A stretch of DNA of 64,000 nt from Candidatus Latescibacterota bacterium (lineage in GTDB: Bacteria > Latescibacterota > UBA2968 > UBA8231), in NCBI GenBank assembly GCA_963422735.1, contig OY730476.1, positions 416,001 to 480,000 of the forward strand, read 5' to 3'. Numbering within the stretch: position 1 is the first letter of the stretch; every line of letters starts with the position of its first letter. Under the pieces are notes generated by a model. That model was not told where the DNA came from, ran no database searches, and saw only the letters and a program-made list of their open reading frames with translations. Of this stretch, positions 48,898 to 58,518 are shown one piece after another. A program made the position numbers and the translations under genes.

Positions 48898-50190
48898 ATG
48901 CCAATAGGAGTGGGCTTGATCGGTTTGGGCACGGTCGGCAGCGGCGTGGTCGAGCTGTTGCAGGACGCGCCCGCGTCGCTGCGGCGGCGCAAGCACGTGG
49001 ATTTTGCATTGCGGCGCGTGGCCGTGCGCGACTTGGACAAGCCGCGCAGCCCCTCGCTTGTACCAGGGCTTTTGACCACAGACGCCGCCGCAGTCGTAGC
49101 CGACCCGGATGTGCAACTGGTGGTGGAACTGACCGGCGCGCCTCCGGCCTTTGAGTGGGTGAGTGAGGCTCTGCGGCAGGGCAAGGATGTAGTGACGGCC
49201 AACAAGGCCCTGCTCGCCGAGCGGGGTGAGGAGCTTTTTGAACTCGCGTTGGCCAATGGGGCGGATTTGATGTTTGAAGCCAGCGTCGCAGCCGGCATCC
49301 CCATCATCCGCTCGTTGCGCAACGGCTTGGTGGCCAATCGCGTCGAGTCCCTGTACGGCATCCTCAACGGCACCACCAATTACATGCTCACGCGCATGAG
49401 CCGCGGTGCGGGCGACTACGCCGTCGTCCTCAAGCAAGCCCAAGACCAAGGCTACGCCGAACCGGACCCGACCATGGACGTGAGCGGCATGGACGCGGCG
49501 CAAAAGTTGGCCATCCTCTGCCGCATTGCCTTTCACTGCACGGGCACGGGCCGCGACGTATTTTGCGAGGGCATTGAGCAGATCGAGAGTCGGGACATTG
49601 AATATGCCCGCGAGTTGGGGTATGCGATCAAGTTGTTGGCCATTGCCAAGCAGCAAGACGGGCGGGTTGAGGCCCGAGTGCATCCGGCCATGGTGCCGGA
49701 GAACGCGCTGTTGGCCAACATCCACGACGAATTCAACGCCATTCAGGTGCAGGGGTCTGCGGCGGGGCCGCAAGTGTTTTCCGGTCGCGGTGCCGGGCGG
49801 TTGCCCACAGCCAGCGCGGTGGTGGCGGATATGGTCGAACTAGTCGAGCGCAAGGCCGCCGGGGCCAGCACGTCCATCGGCGATATGATCTTGGGTGAGG
49901 ATGCCGTTGCGGTCGTGTCCATTGAGGATGTGCAGATGCGCTACTTCATGCGCGTCTTAGTCCGCGATCAGCCCGGAGTGCTCGCGGGGATCGCACGCAT
50001 CTTGGCCGAGGAGCGCATCAGCATTGCCTCGGTCATCCAAAAGGAGCGCGACTTTGAGGGTGGCTCAGTGCCGCTGGTCATCGTCACCCACGAGGCGCGC
50101 GAAGCCGCGATGCAGCGGGCGCAGCAGGCCGTGGCTGCACTCGATGCCGTGCAAGGGGCGGTCAAACTCATCCGCATGGAGGATCTCTAG
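48898..50190 (+). CDS. hom: Homoserine dehydrogenase with ACT domain
   Basis: GLGTVG, VTANK, FEASVAAGIP, GILNGT, AEPDPT.DV.G.D; C-terminal ACT (DQPGVLA). Confidence 0.95.
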   Translation: MPIGVGLIGLGTVGSGVVELLQDAPASLRRRKHVDFALRRVAVRDLDKPRSPSLVPGLLTTDAAAVVADPDVQLVVELTGAPPAFEWVSEALRQGKDVVTANKALLAERGEELFELALANGADLMFEASVAAGIPIIRSLRNGLVANRVESLYGILNGTTNYMLTRMSRGAGDYAVVLKQAQDQGYAEPDPTMDVSGMDAAQKLAILCRIAFHCTGTGRDVFCEGIEQIESRDIEYARELGYAIKLLAIAKQQDGRVEARVHPAMVPENALLANIHDEFNAIQVQGSAAGPQVFSGRGAGRLPTASAVVADMVELVERKAAGASTSIGDMILGEDAVAVVSIEDVQMRYFMRVLVRDQPGVLAGIARILAEERISIASVIQKERDFEGGSVPLVIVTHEAREAAMQRAQQAVAALDAVQGAVKLIRMEDL

Positions 50191-50191
50191 C

Positions 50192-51382
50192 GTGCGCTAC
50201 GTCGTGTTGGTGCCCGATGGGGCGGCGGACTATCCGCTCGATGAACTGGGCGGGCAGACGCCGTTGGAAGCGGCTGCTACGCCCTGCATGGATCGCTTGG
50301 CCCGCGAAGGATCTGGAGGATTGGTGCAGATGATCCCGGCGCAGCGGCATCCGGGCAGCGACATCGGCAACCTCGAAATTTTCGGCTACGACAGCCGGGT
50401 ACACTATACTGGCCGCGCGCCGTTGGAAGCAGCGAGCATGGGCGTCGATTTGGGCGACGACGGGGTGGCCTTTCGCCTGAACCTGATCTACGGAGAGGGC
50501 GACGTACTGGTCGATTACAGTGCCGGCCACATCGCCAGCGAAGAGGCGGCCGAACTAGTAGATGCCTTGGCGGCCGAGCTGGGGGGACCGTCGTTGCACT
50601 TCTATCCCGGGGTGGGCTATCGCCACTTGTTGGTGTGGGAGCACGGCCCGGAAGAAGTGGTAACCTACCCGCCGCACGACATCATGGGCGAGTCTATGAC
50701 CGCGCATGGGCCTACGGGTGCAGGAGCCGAAAAAATCCGCGCCCTCATGGCTGCGGCGGTCCCCATTCTCGCGGCCTCTCCGGTCAATGCAGCCCGCTCC
50801 GCCCGTGGGGAGCGGCCGGCTAATGCAATATGGCTTTGGGGCTCCGGGCGCGGACTGCGGCTGATGTCCTTGGCATCGCGCTACGGGTTGCAGGGCGGCG
50901 TTATCTCGGCCGTTGACTTGGTGCGCGGCATCGGCAAGAGCGCGGGCTTGGAGGTCATCGATGTGCCCGGTATTACTGGGTACCTCGACACCAACTACGA
51001 GGGCAAGGCCGAATACGCGCTGGCGACCTTGCAGCGCGCTGATTTGGTCTATGTCCACGTCGAGGCCCCGGACGAAGCCGGGCACAACGGCGACCCACAG
51101 GCCAAGGTGCAGGCCATCGAGGATTTCGACGCCCGCATCGTTGGCCCGATCTTGGCGGGGCTAGAGTCGATGGGGCCGCACCGAGTGCTGCTCACCCCCG
51201 ATCACTGCACGCCCATTGTGCGGCGCACCCACAGCCGCGAGCCGGTACCCTTTGTGCTGTGGGGGACAGGGATTGCGGCCGACCCAATGCAAGCCTATGG
51301 AGAGCGGGCGGCTGAGCAGGGTGGTATGCAGGTAAAGCACGGACATGTATTGATGGATTATCTCACGAGGGAATATAGGTGA
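50192..51382 (+). CDS. apgM: Cofactor-independent phosphoglycerate mutase family (ApgM type)
   Basis: GTG start; DGAAD..GGQTPLEAA.TP, GSDIGN, GRAPLEA, APDEAGH, PDH.TP..RTH. Confidence 0.85.
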   Translation: MRYVVLVPDGAADYPLDELGGQTPLEAAATPCMDRLAREGSGGLVQMIPAQRHPGSDIGNLEIFGYDSRVHYTGRAPLEAASMGVDLGDDGVAFRLNLIYGEGDVLVDYSAGHIASEEAAELVDALAAELGGPSLHFYPGVGYRHLLVWEHGPEEVVTYPPHDIMGESMTAHGPTGAGAEKIRALMAAAVPILAASPVNAARSARGERPANAIWLWGSGRGLRLMSLASRYGLQGGVISAVDLVRGIGKSAGLEVIDVPGITGYLDTNYEGKAEYALATLQRADLVYVHVEAPDEAGHNGDPQAKVQAIEDFDARIVGPILAGLESMGPHRVLLTPDHCTPIVRRTHSREPVPFVLWGTGIAADPMQAYGERAAEQGGMQVKHGHVLMDYLTREYR

Positions 51383-52401
51383 CCGACACGTATAGCGTAG
51401 CTATTATGGGCGCGACCGGTGCCGTAGGGCAGGTGCTGTTAGAAATCCTCGCCGAACGCGACTTTCCAATCGGTGAGCTGCGGCTGTTGGCCTCGGCCCG
51501 TTCGGCTGGGCGCGCCATTTCCTTTAACGGCGACTCGATTCAGGTGCAGGAGTTAGGGGAGGATTCGTTCGAGGGCGTGGATATCGTCTTGGCCTCGGCC
51601 GGGGGCAGTTTGAGCAAGCAGTTTAACCCGTACGCAGTGGCCGCAGGCGCGGTGGTCGTCGATAACACATCGGCCTATCGCATGGACCCGGACGTGCCGC
51701 TGGTAGTGCCCGAAATTAACCCCGAGGATTTGGCGGCGCACCGCGGGATCATCGCCAATCCAAATTGTTCGACGATCATCATGGATGTGGTGGTCTGGCC
51801 GCTCTATCAGCGGCGTCGGGTCAAGCGCATCGTGGTTTCGACCTATCAAGCCGTCAGTGGCGCGGGGGCGCGGGCCATGCAGGAGTTGGAGGCGCAGACG
51901 CGGCAGGTGCTCGCCGGGCAGGAGGCCGAGCCGGCCGAATTCCCGCACCCGATTGCCTTTAATTTGTTTTCGCACGACTCATCTGTGGGGCCGGAAGGGT
52001 ATTGCGAAGAAGAGCTGAAAATGGTGCGCGAGACCCGCAAAATGTTCCACGACGACGCGCTGCATATCTCGGCCACGACCATTCGCGTGCCCGTACTGCG
52101 GGCGCATTCTGAGGCGATCAACGTGGAGTTTTCCGCGCCCTTTTCGGCCGCCGAGGCAGAGGCTACCTTGGCGCAGGCTGCGGGTGTGCGGATTGTGGAT
52201 GATCCTGTGCAGAACCATTTCCCCATGCCGATTGAGGCCTCCGGCTGCGACGAGGTGTTGGTCGGGCGCATTCGCCAAGATATTTCGCGGCCCGACGGGA
52301 CCGGGTTGGACTTGTGGGTCAGCGGCGATCAGTTGCGCAAAGGTGCGGCCCTAAATGCCGTGCAAATCGCCGAGGAGCTCATCGTGCGCAAACTGCTATA
52401 A
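51379..52401 (+). CDS. asd: Aspartate-semialdehyde dehydrogenase
   Basis: GATGAVG, NPNCST, YQAVSGAG, LRKGAALNAVQI. Confidence 0.95.
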   Translation: MTDTYSVAIMGATGAVGQVLLEILAERDFPIGELRLLASARSAGRAISFNGDSIQVQELGEDSFEGVDIVLASAGGSLSKQFNPYAVAAGAVVVDNTSAYRMDPDVPLVVPEINPEDLAAHRGIIANPNCSTIIMDVVVWPLYQRRRVKRIVVSTYQAVSGAGARAMQELEAQTRQVLAGQEAEPAEFPHPIAFNLFSHDSSVGPEGYCEEELKMVRETRKMFHDDALHISATTIRVPVLRAHSEAINVEFSAPFSAAEAEATLAQAAGVRIVDDPVQNHFPMPIEASGCDEVLVGRIRQDISRPDGTGLDLWVSGDQLRKGAALNAVQIAEELIVRKLL

Positions 52402-52416
52402 CGAGGGAGAACCACC

Positions 52417-53226
52417 ATGGATGTCCTGAACAGGGAAGAACTCGATTTCTTTGCCGAAGAAGGGTACGTCGTCGCGCGTCAGGTGATCGACCGAGATCAA
52501 GCCGAGCGCACTGGCCGGGCGGTGTGGGCGTTTGCCGGCATGGACCCGGACGATCCTGGGACTTGGTATCCAGAGGATCGGCGCGGCATCATGGTCGAGA
52601 TGTACCACCACCAGACTCTATGGGACAACCGCACGGCCCCTCGGGTCCACCGGGCCTTCAGCCAGATTTGGGGGACGGAAAAGCTGTGGGTCAGCCACGA
52701 CCGGGCCAGCATCAGTCCGCCGGTCTTAGACAAAGATGCACCCGAGCACAATCTGCACTGGGACGCAGCCTTGGATAAGCGTCCTTTGCCTTTTGGCGTG
52801 CAGGGCGTGCTCTATCTGAACGACACGCCGGCCGCGCAGGGGGCCTTTATCTGCGTACCGAGGTTCCACCAGCGTCTAGAGATGTGGCTCGACGCGCTGC
52901 CGGAGGGGGCCAACCCCCGCGAGCAAGACTTGCTGGCCTTGGGAACGCGGCGCATTGGTGCGGAAGCGGGCGACTTGGTTATCTGGCGCACTGCTCTGCC
53001 GCACACGGCGAGCGTCAATCGCGGCGACAGCCCGCGCGTGGCGCAGTACATCACCATGAATATAGCTGGCGCGGGCGAACAGGCGCGGCGGTTGCGCACA
53101 GACTTTTGGCAGCAGCGGCTGTCCGGGCTAGGGCGCTACGCCGAGGAACGCGAGCACTACGAAGAAAAGACGGCTGAGTTGACGAGCTTGGGGCGGAAGC
53201 TGGCTGGGGTGGAGCCTTGGGATTGA
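52417..53226 (+). CDS. PhyH-family dioxygenase
   Basis: FAEEGYVV, LHWD, QGVLYL.DT, GDLVIW...PH. Confidence 0.8.
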   Translation: MDVLNREELDFFAEEGYVVARQVIDRDQAERTGRAVWAFAGMDPDDPGTWYPEDRRGIMVEMYHHQTLWDNRTAPRVHRAFSQIWGTEKLWVSHDRASISPPVLDKDAPEHNLHWDAALDKRPLPFGVQGVLYLNDTPAAQGAFICVPRFHQRLEMWLDALPEGANPREQDLLALGTRRIGAEAGDLVIWRTALPHTASVNRGDSPRVAQYITMNIAGAGEQARRLRTDFWQQRLSGLGRYAEEREHYEEKTAELTSLGRKLAGVEPWD

Positions 53227-53429
53227 GAAGAGAGAAACGATGAGGATATTTAGAATTATCAAATAGCGAGAGGCGTGCTACATAGACCTCGGCACCTATC
53301 ACTATGTGTGGCGTCTTTAGGTGGTTCGTCAGCGTACTTAAAAGCAGTGCCAGACTCAATACTTTCTCTATGTAGTAGATGATGGAATTTGTCGAAGATA
53401 CACTCTACTTCTTGCGTCAAAATATCTCA

Positions 53430-53745
53430 GAAGCTGTCTGAAAACTATATTTTTCTATGCGAGGCGTTTGAGTAGCAAGTGGATCATAGCGGTGTGAATC
53501 AACGCCTCGCTATGGCGTGGCAAGACTTCATAATCTCGGGTATGCCGGCGAAAATTGCTCAACCACCCAACGACGTTTGAGCGGTGTAAATCTTTTCTCT
53601 TGTTTGGCGACGACTTCCAAGTCGATCTTATGCGTCTTTTTTAAGCTGGCTACCCACGCTTTGAGGTCGGCCCCCGAATAGCCGCCATCGACCCACAGCT
53701 TGTGCAGCCTGGGCACGCCGGGGGCCACGTAGCCGGTCAACGTCA
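53430..53745 (-). mobile_element. IS5-family (IS1031-like) transposase remnant with one intact end
   Basis: LWVDGGY...KRRWVVE (frameshift) RDYEVLPRHSEALIHTAMIHLLLKRLA*; terminal GAAGCTGTCTGAAAA at 53430. Confidence 0.8.
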
Positions 53746-53799
53746 GAATGGCTACGTTGGTGATCGCGGAGTTGGTTTTGGTGATTTTCTAAAATTGCT

Positions 53800-53930
53800 T
53801 CTTGGGGCCTTGGCCTCATGGGATATTCTGGTATTACCTCTTGGTGATTGAAAATATCCCAACCAAGCGAAGACAAAATTCGCAGGATAATTGCCAGTTT
53901 AGCTTGCTCAGGTATGAAGCGTCCTCCCAA
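53800..53930 (-). pseudogene. Type I restriction HsdR N-terminal-like nuclease fragment
   Basis: EQAKLAIILRILSSLGWDIFNHQEVIPEY, truncated next to the IS remnant. Confidence 0.5.
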
Positions 53931-53956
53931 CCCCCGACATTAGCTCTTTTCGTTCT

Positions 53957-55087
53957 CTAAACGCATATACGCTCGATGAAGCGAGCGTAGAGATCGACGC
54001 TTGCGCGCAATTGGTCGATTTTGATCCATTCGTTGGCAGTGTGAGCTTGGGCAATATCGCCTGGACCGAGGACGATCATTTGTTTCATCTTCTCGACAAA
54101 AGCCATGCCGTCGGTGCCGTAGGCCACCGTGGTAGGTTTGCGGCGACCCGTTAGCTTGAGTGCCGTTCGGACCAGCGGAGCGTCCACCGCCGTGTAGAGC
54201 GGCTCGCCGCGATGCTTGAGCGCGAAGTCGAGGCCGTGCTTTTGTGCGCTTTTGCGGGTTTTGTCGAGCAAATCATCGACATCGATGCCGGGCATGGGGC
54301 GGTAGTTGAGGGTGCAGAAGCTCTGGGCGGGAGAGATGTTGGTGGCGCGATTGTGATCGTTGATGCCGATGCACCACTCGGAATGCGGCGGTGAGAATTC
54401 CTCGTTGCGGTAGCGGCGCGCGCTGAGCACTCGCTCGTTGAATTTCTTCATCTCCGCGAGAAAGGGGATCATCTTGAGGTTTGCGTTGATGCCCTTCAAG
54501 GTGCTGGTGTGCGCGGGGCGTCCTTTGGCAGTGACTTGGATGGCGAGCGAGCCTTTGTGGGCGTGGACGACGCGGAGGCTGGTGGGTTCGCAGATGATGC
54601 CGCAGCCGGTGCTGGCCTCGGCAAAGAGCTTGGAATGGGCCGTGACCTTTTGCGCGCCGACGCCGTGGACCTCCTCGTCGGCCGTGACGACGATGTAGAG
54701 TGGGGCAGTCAGATCGGCGGCCTTGAAACGGGTGGCCGCGCAAATCGAAGCAGCAAGGGGGCCTTTCATATCGCAGGAACCGCGGCCGTAGAGCTTGCCG
54801 TTGGCCTCGTAGGGGTCGTAGGGGTCGCGGTGCCAGCCATCGGCGGGATTAGCCGGCACGACGTCGTCGTGGCTCATCAGGGTCAGCCCGCCCTCTCCAG
54901 CGCCCAACTTGCCGACGATGGAGAGCTTGGCTACGCCCGCCGCATCCGCGTAGGGCACCTCTTCTATGTGGAAACCAAGCTGATCTAAGACTCCAGCTAT
55001 ATGTTGGGTAACTTCGACGTTGCTGGTTTGGCTTTCCGAGGGATAGGCGACTATTGCCTTGGTCAGTTTGACGACATCAAGTTTCAT
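53957..55087 (-). CDS. M20 family deacetylase (ArgE-like)
   Basis: SHDDVVP, GRGSCDMKG, DEEV, CEPT, GPGDIAQAH. Confidence 0.85.
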   Translation of the reverse strand: MKLDVVKLTKAIVAYPSESQTSNVEVTQHIAGVLDQLGFHIEEVPYADAAGVAKLSIVGKLGAGEGGLTLMSHDDVVPANPADGWHRDPYDPYEANGKLYGRGSCDMKGPLAASICAATRFKAADLTAPLYIVVTADEEVHGVGAQKVTAHSKLFAEASTGCGIICEPTSLRVVHAHKGSLAIQVTAKGRPAHTSTLKGINANLKMIPFLAEMKKFNERVLSARRYRNEEFSPPHSEWCIGINDHNRATNISPAQSFCTLNYRPMPGIDVDDLLDKTRKSAQKHGLDFALKHRGEPLYTAVDAPLVRTALKLTGRRKPTTVAYGTDGMAFVEKMKQMIVLGPGDIAQAHTANEWIKIDQLRASVDLYARFIERICV

Positions 55088-55204
55088 CGCAGATTCGCTT
55101 TCGCCAAGGGATAAGTTGGCACAAAGTACAAATTCAGTAGGGTGCTATCAAGGGCGTTGACAGCTCAGCCAAAAGGAAGTATGAATAGGCGAGCAAGAAG
55201 CAAC

Positions 55205-55239
55205 AAAACGGCCCGCCTCAAAAAAGAGGAAGCGGGCCG
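55205..55239 (-). terminator. Intrinsic terminator
   Basis: CGGCCCGC...GCGGGCCG stem followed by TTTT on the minus strand. Confidence 0.65.
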
Positions 55240-55259
55240 GCAGACGAGTGGGACATCCT

Positions 55260-55694
55260 TTAGCTCAGGGCGTTGTGCAGTTCAGTCCAGTCGTCGAGGT
55301 TGTTGAGGTTGACGGCGTCGAGGATGCTGCCATCGTCGCTGAGGCCAGCGGCGTCGAGGATGCTACCGCGGGTTTCGTCGTCGTGGTTGTAGCCGCGGAT
55401 GGCGGCGTTGGAGGCGTCGATCTCGCTCTGGGGAATAGAGCCGCCGCGCTGGGCCTTGGCCCAGTTTTCAAATTCGATATAGCTGGCCTTGTTGTCCTTG
55501 ACATAGGCTATGGCCGCGTCTCGGTCAATGCCGAGGCCGTCGAGAACCATCTGGTCGAAACCCGCGCCGCATTCTGGATAGTCCGCGGGCAGTTCGCCAG
55601 CCGCGCTCAGGCGCAGCTTGGACCACAGGCGGGGCAGGTGAATCGCGCCGAGCGGCCCGGCGATGTCCGAACTGATGTTGGGTATAATGGCCAT
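55260..55694 (-). CDS. DUF5069-like protein
   Basis: GAIHLPRLWSK, GFDQMVLDGLGID, NNLDDW; AGGAGG RBS. Confidence 0.65.
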   Translation of the reverse strand: MAIIPNISSDIAGPLGAIHLPRLWSKLRLSAAGELPADYPECGAGFDQMVLDGLGIDRDAAIAYVKDNKASYIEFENWAKAQRGGSIPQSEIDASNAAIRGYNHDDETRGSILDAAGLSDDGSILDAVNLNNLDDWTELHNALS

Positions 55695-55777
55695 GAGGTT
55701 CCTCCTATTGATAGAATGGGTTGGGTAAACGGCCTACAACAGTACGGTCGCTCAAGCCGGTTGTCAAACGGATAGCA

Positions 55778-56881
55778 ATGGACAAAATACGTTTTGGCGT
55801 CATTGGGGCCGCCGGCCGCGGAAGCGGTTTTATCCCCACCCTGATAGCCCATCCAGCCACGGAAATTACCGCGCTGTGCGACATCCGCCGGGAAGAAGTC
55901 GAGTGCCACGCGGCTGAACTGGGCGTTGAACAGGTCTTCGCGGACGCTGGCGAAATGCTCGACGCCGGGGGAGTGGACGCGGTCGTCGTGGGTACGCCCA
56001 TGCCGTGGCACGTGCCCCAGGCCATCGCGGCCTTGGAGCGCGACATCCACGTGCTCAGCGAGGTGACGGCTGGAGTGTCGGTTGAGGAATGCCGCGATTT
56101 GACGTGCGCGGCGCGGCGCAGCCGAGCCGTCTATATGATGGCTGAGAATTACGTGTACACCAAGTCCAACACACTGATAAACGCGCTGGTTGAGCGCGGC
56201 TTTTTCGGCGAGCTGTACTACGCCGAAGGGGCCTATATCCACGAACTGAAACAGCTCAACGAGAGCACACCTTGGCGGCGGCGCTGGCAGACGGGCGTCA
56301 ATGGCTGCACTTATGCCACGCACAGCTTGGGGCCGGTGCTGACGTGGTTTGCCGGGCAGCGAGTGGTGGCTGTCTGCGCCGTGGGCACCGGGCACCACCA
56401 CCGAGATCCGTGCGGTGCTTTGTACGAAATGGAGGACTCGGTGACCATGATGTGCCGGCTCTCGGGCGGCGGGCTGGCGCATATCCGGGTCGATATGCTC
56501 TCGGACCGACCACACCAGATGGTGCATTATGCTTTGCAGGGGACCAATGGCGCGTACGAGTCGGGCGATGGCTTTGCGGCTGCGGCCAAAATCTGGCTGC
56601 GCAGCCGCAGCGCGCAGCCGCGCTGGGAGCCTTTGGAGGCGCTAGAGAAATTTTTGCCTGAACATTGGCTGCATCCGCCCGCAGAAGCCCTCGCCGCCGG
56701 ACACAGCGGCGGCGACTATTGGGAAGTACAGGATTTTGTCGCAGCCATCCGCGAGGAAAAGGCACCGGCTATTGGCATCGACTTGGCGATGGACATGACC
56801 TTGCCCGGCCTTGTCAGCCAACAGTCGATCGCCCAAGGGTCGGCTTGGGTGGCCGTGCCCGATTCGCGCAACTGGACTTAA
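55778..56881 (+). CDS. Gfo/Idh/MocA oxidoreductase
   Basis: GVIGAAGRG, LSEV, MMAENY, YATHSLGP, GHSGGDY. Confidence 0.85.
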   Translation: MDKIRFGVIGAAGRGSGFIPTLIAHPATEITALCDIRREEVECHAAELGVEQVFADAGEMLDAGGVDAVVVGTPMPWHVPQAIAALERDIHVLSEVTAGVSVEECRDLTCAARRSRAVYMMAENYVYTKSNTLINALVERGFFGELYYAEGAYIHELKQLNESTPWRRRWQTGVNGCTYATHSLGPVLTWFAGQRVVAVCAVGTGHHHRDPCGALYEMEDSVTMMCRLSGGGLAHIRVDMLSDRPHQMVHYALQGTNGAYESGDGFAAAAKIWLRSRSAQPRWEPLEALEKFLPEHWLHPPAEALAAGHSGGDYWEVQDFVAAIREEKAPAIGIDLAMDMTLPGLVSQQSIAQGSAWVAVPDSRNWT

Positions 56882-56893
56882 AGGAGCCAGACC

Positions 56894-58477
56894 ATGCCTA
56901 AGCCCAAGATTATGTTCTACCACGACGGCCGGCACCCGCTGATCTACATGTACGAACCGCCGATACAAAAAGAGGAATATGAACAGGGGGTGGACGAACT
57001 GTTGGGCACGCCGGTCGAGGCGATCATGTTTTGCCTCGGCGACGGTCGCACTGTGCTGCACGACACGGAGGTAGGAGAACTGTGGGGCCACAATGTGAAG
57101 CGGTGGCCCCATTTGATTTTCCGCCGCGCCCACCAAAATGCCCGCGATCTAATCCGCAAGGGACAAGACCCCTTGCGCCTGATTTGCGACCGCGCCCACC
57201 AGTACGGCAAGCAGGTCTATCCGACGCTGTTGGTGCAGCAGGGGCGGGGGCCGCGGGAAGAGGACGTGCGCTGCTCGGATTTCCGCTTTGACAACGCCCA
57301 TCTCGAAATCGGTGCGCAAGACGATGTGCCCGCCGACTATCCCGGCCGCACCTGCCTAGATTTCAAGCACCAAGCCGTGCGCGACGAGCGCTTTGCCCTG
57401 ATTGCCGAGACCCTAGAAAAATATCCGGTGGATGGCTTTGAACTGCAGATGAACTACCAGCCTTACTACTTCCACCCAGACGAGGTCGCCGCTGGCCGCG
57501 AGGTTATGACCGAGTGGGTGCGCAAGGTGCATTGCGCCGTCAAGCAGAGCGGGAAGCAACGCGAGTTGGCGATCCGCATCCCCTACAACCTCGAGGGGTG
57601 CTATGCCGTCGGCATGGACATTGAAGCGTGGCTGCGCGAAGGGCTGGTCGATGTGCTGATCGGTCAGGCGTTTTCCGGCCCGGAGCTTTTGGACTCGACC
57701 CTTGATTTCCGGCCCTTGGTTGCGGCCGCCCAAGGCATAGGCTGTCGAGTGTACGCGGCCTTGCAAAGCCACGTGGACTCGGACCGTGTGGGGGAGGCGA
57801 CCATTGAGATGGTGCGCGGGGCCGCTTGCAACTTTTGGGCGCAGGGCGTCGATGGCCTGTACCTGGCGCACTGGTTTGGCAACTGGCCGTACCAGGCATC
57901 CTTCTACGAGAAGCTGCGGGAATTGCCCTATCCAGAGGTCATGGCCGCGCGCGATAAAATTTACTATGTACCGACCGCGACGGGTCGCTACCCCAATCCC
58001 ACCACCGAGCCGGGGACGACCATGCAGCTGCCGGCCTATTTGCAAAAGGGCCACAAGGCTTCCATCACCCTGTCGGTCAGCGACGATCTGCGGCGCTGGG
58101 CCAGGGTCGGCCGGGTCCACGAAGTGTTGCTGCGGGTGCGGGTGATGGGCCACACCGAGCGCGACCGGCTGAAATTCTACCTCAATGGTCGAGAGTTGCC
58201 CGCCAGTCTGCTGCGCAGGATCAACGAATTATACCGGATGTCGGCTCCGCGCTATCGCACGGGATCAGGGTATTGGTATGCGTTTAAGCTGGACGCCAAA
58301 CACTGGCCGAAAAAGGGAAACAACACACTCGCAGTCGAATTAGTGCGGCGCGATGCTCAGGTGCTGCCAGAAATTTTTGTACGCGATATAGAGCTAGATA
58401 TTAAATACCTAATGGGGCGCAATTTCCATCGCGGCCAAGATGTGGATCTGGGGCCGAGCGAACCGTCAGGAGTATGA
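56894..58477 (+). CDS. Glycoside-hydrolase-like TIM barrel protein (GHL10-like)
   Basis: LDFKHQAVRDERF...YPVDGFEL, GVDGLYL; AAGGAG RBS. Confidence 0.55.
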   Translation: MPKPKIMFYHDGRHPLIYMYEPPIQKEEYEQGVDELLGTPVEAIMFCLGDGRTVLHDTEVGELWGHNVKRWPHLIFRRAHQNARDLIRKGQDPLRLICDRAHQYGKQVYPTLLVQQGRGPREEDVRCSDFRFDNAHLEIGAQDDVPADYPGRTCLDFKHQAVRDERFALIAETLEKYPVDGFELQMNYQPYYFHPDEVAAGREVMTEWVRKVHCAVKQSGKQRELAIRIPYNLEGCYAVGMDIEAWLREGLVDVLIGQAFSGPELLDSTLDFRPLVAAAQGIGCRVYAALQSHVDSDRVGEATIEMVRGAACNFWAQGVDGLYLAHWFGNWPYQASFYEKLRELPYPEVMAARDKIYYVPTATGRYPNPTTEPGTTMQLPAYLQKGHKASITLSVSDDLRRWARVGRVHEVLLRVRVMGHTERDRLKFYLNGRELPASLLRRINELYRMSAPRYRTGSGYWYAFKLDAKHWPKKGNNTLAVELVRRDAQVLPEIFVRDIELDIKYLMGRNFHRGQDVDLGPSEPSGV

Positions 58478-58518
58478 GCTGAGAAACGAACTCAATCCAT
58501 CAAACCGAAAGGAACCTA

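Noticed and set aside
55158-55200. TTGACA-N17-TATGAA promoter-like sequence pointing antisense to the DUF5069-like gene
   Set aside because: Weak -10 and no supportable downstream product; may be chance.
55607-56527. Long antisense or alternative-frame ORFs (e.g. 306 aa here, 48871-49773, 27613-28320, 16075-16848)
   Set aside because: Shadow ORFs typical of high-GC DNA, overlapping well-supported genes and lacking motifs.
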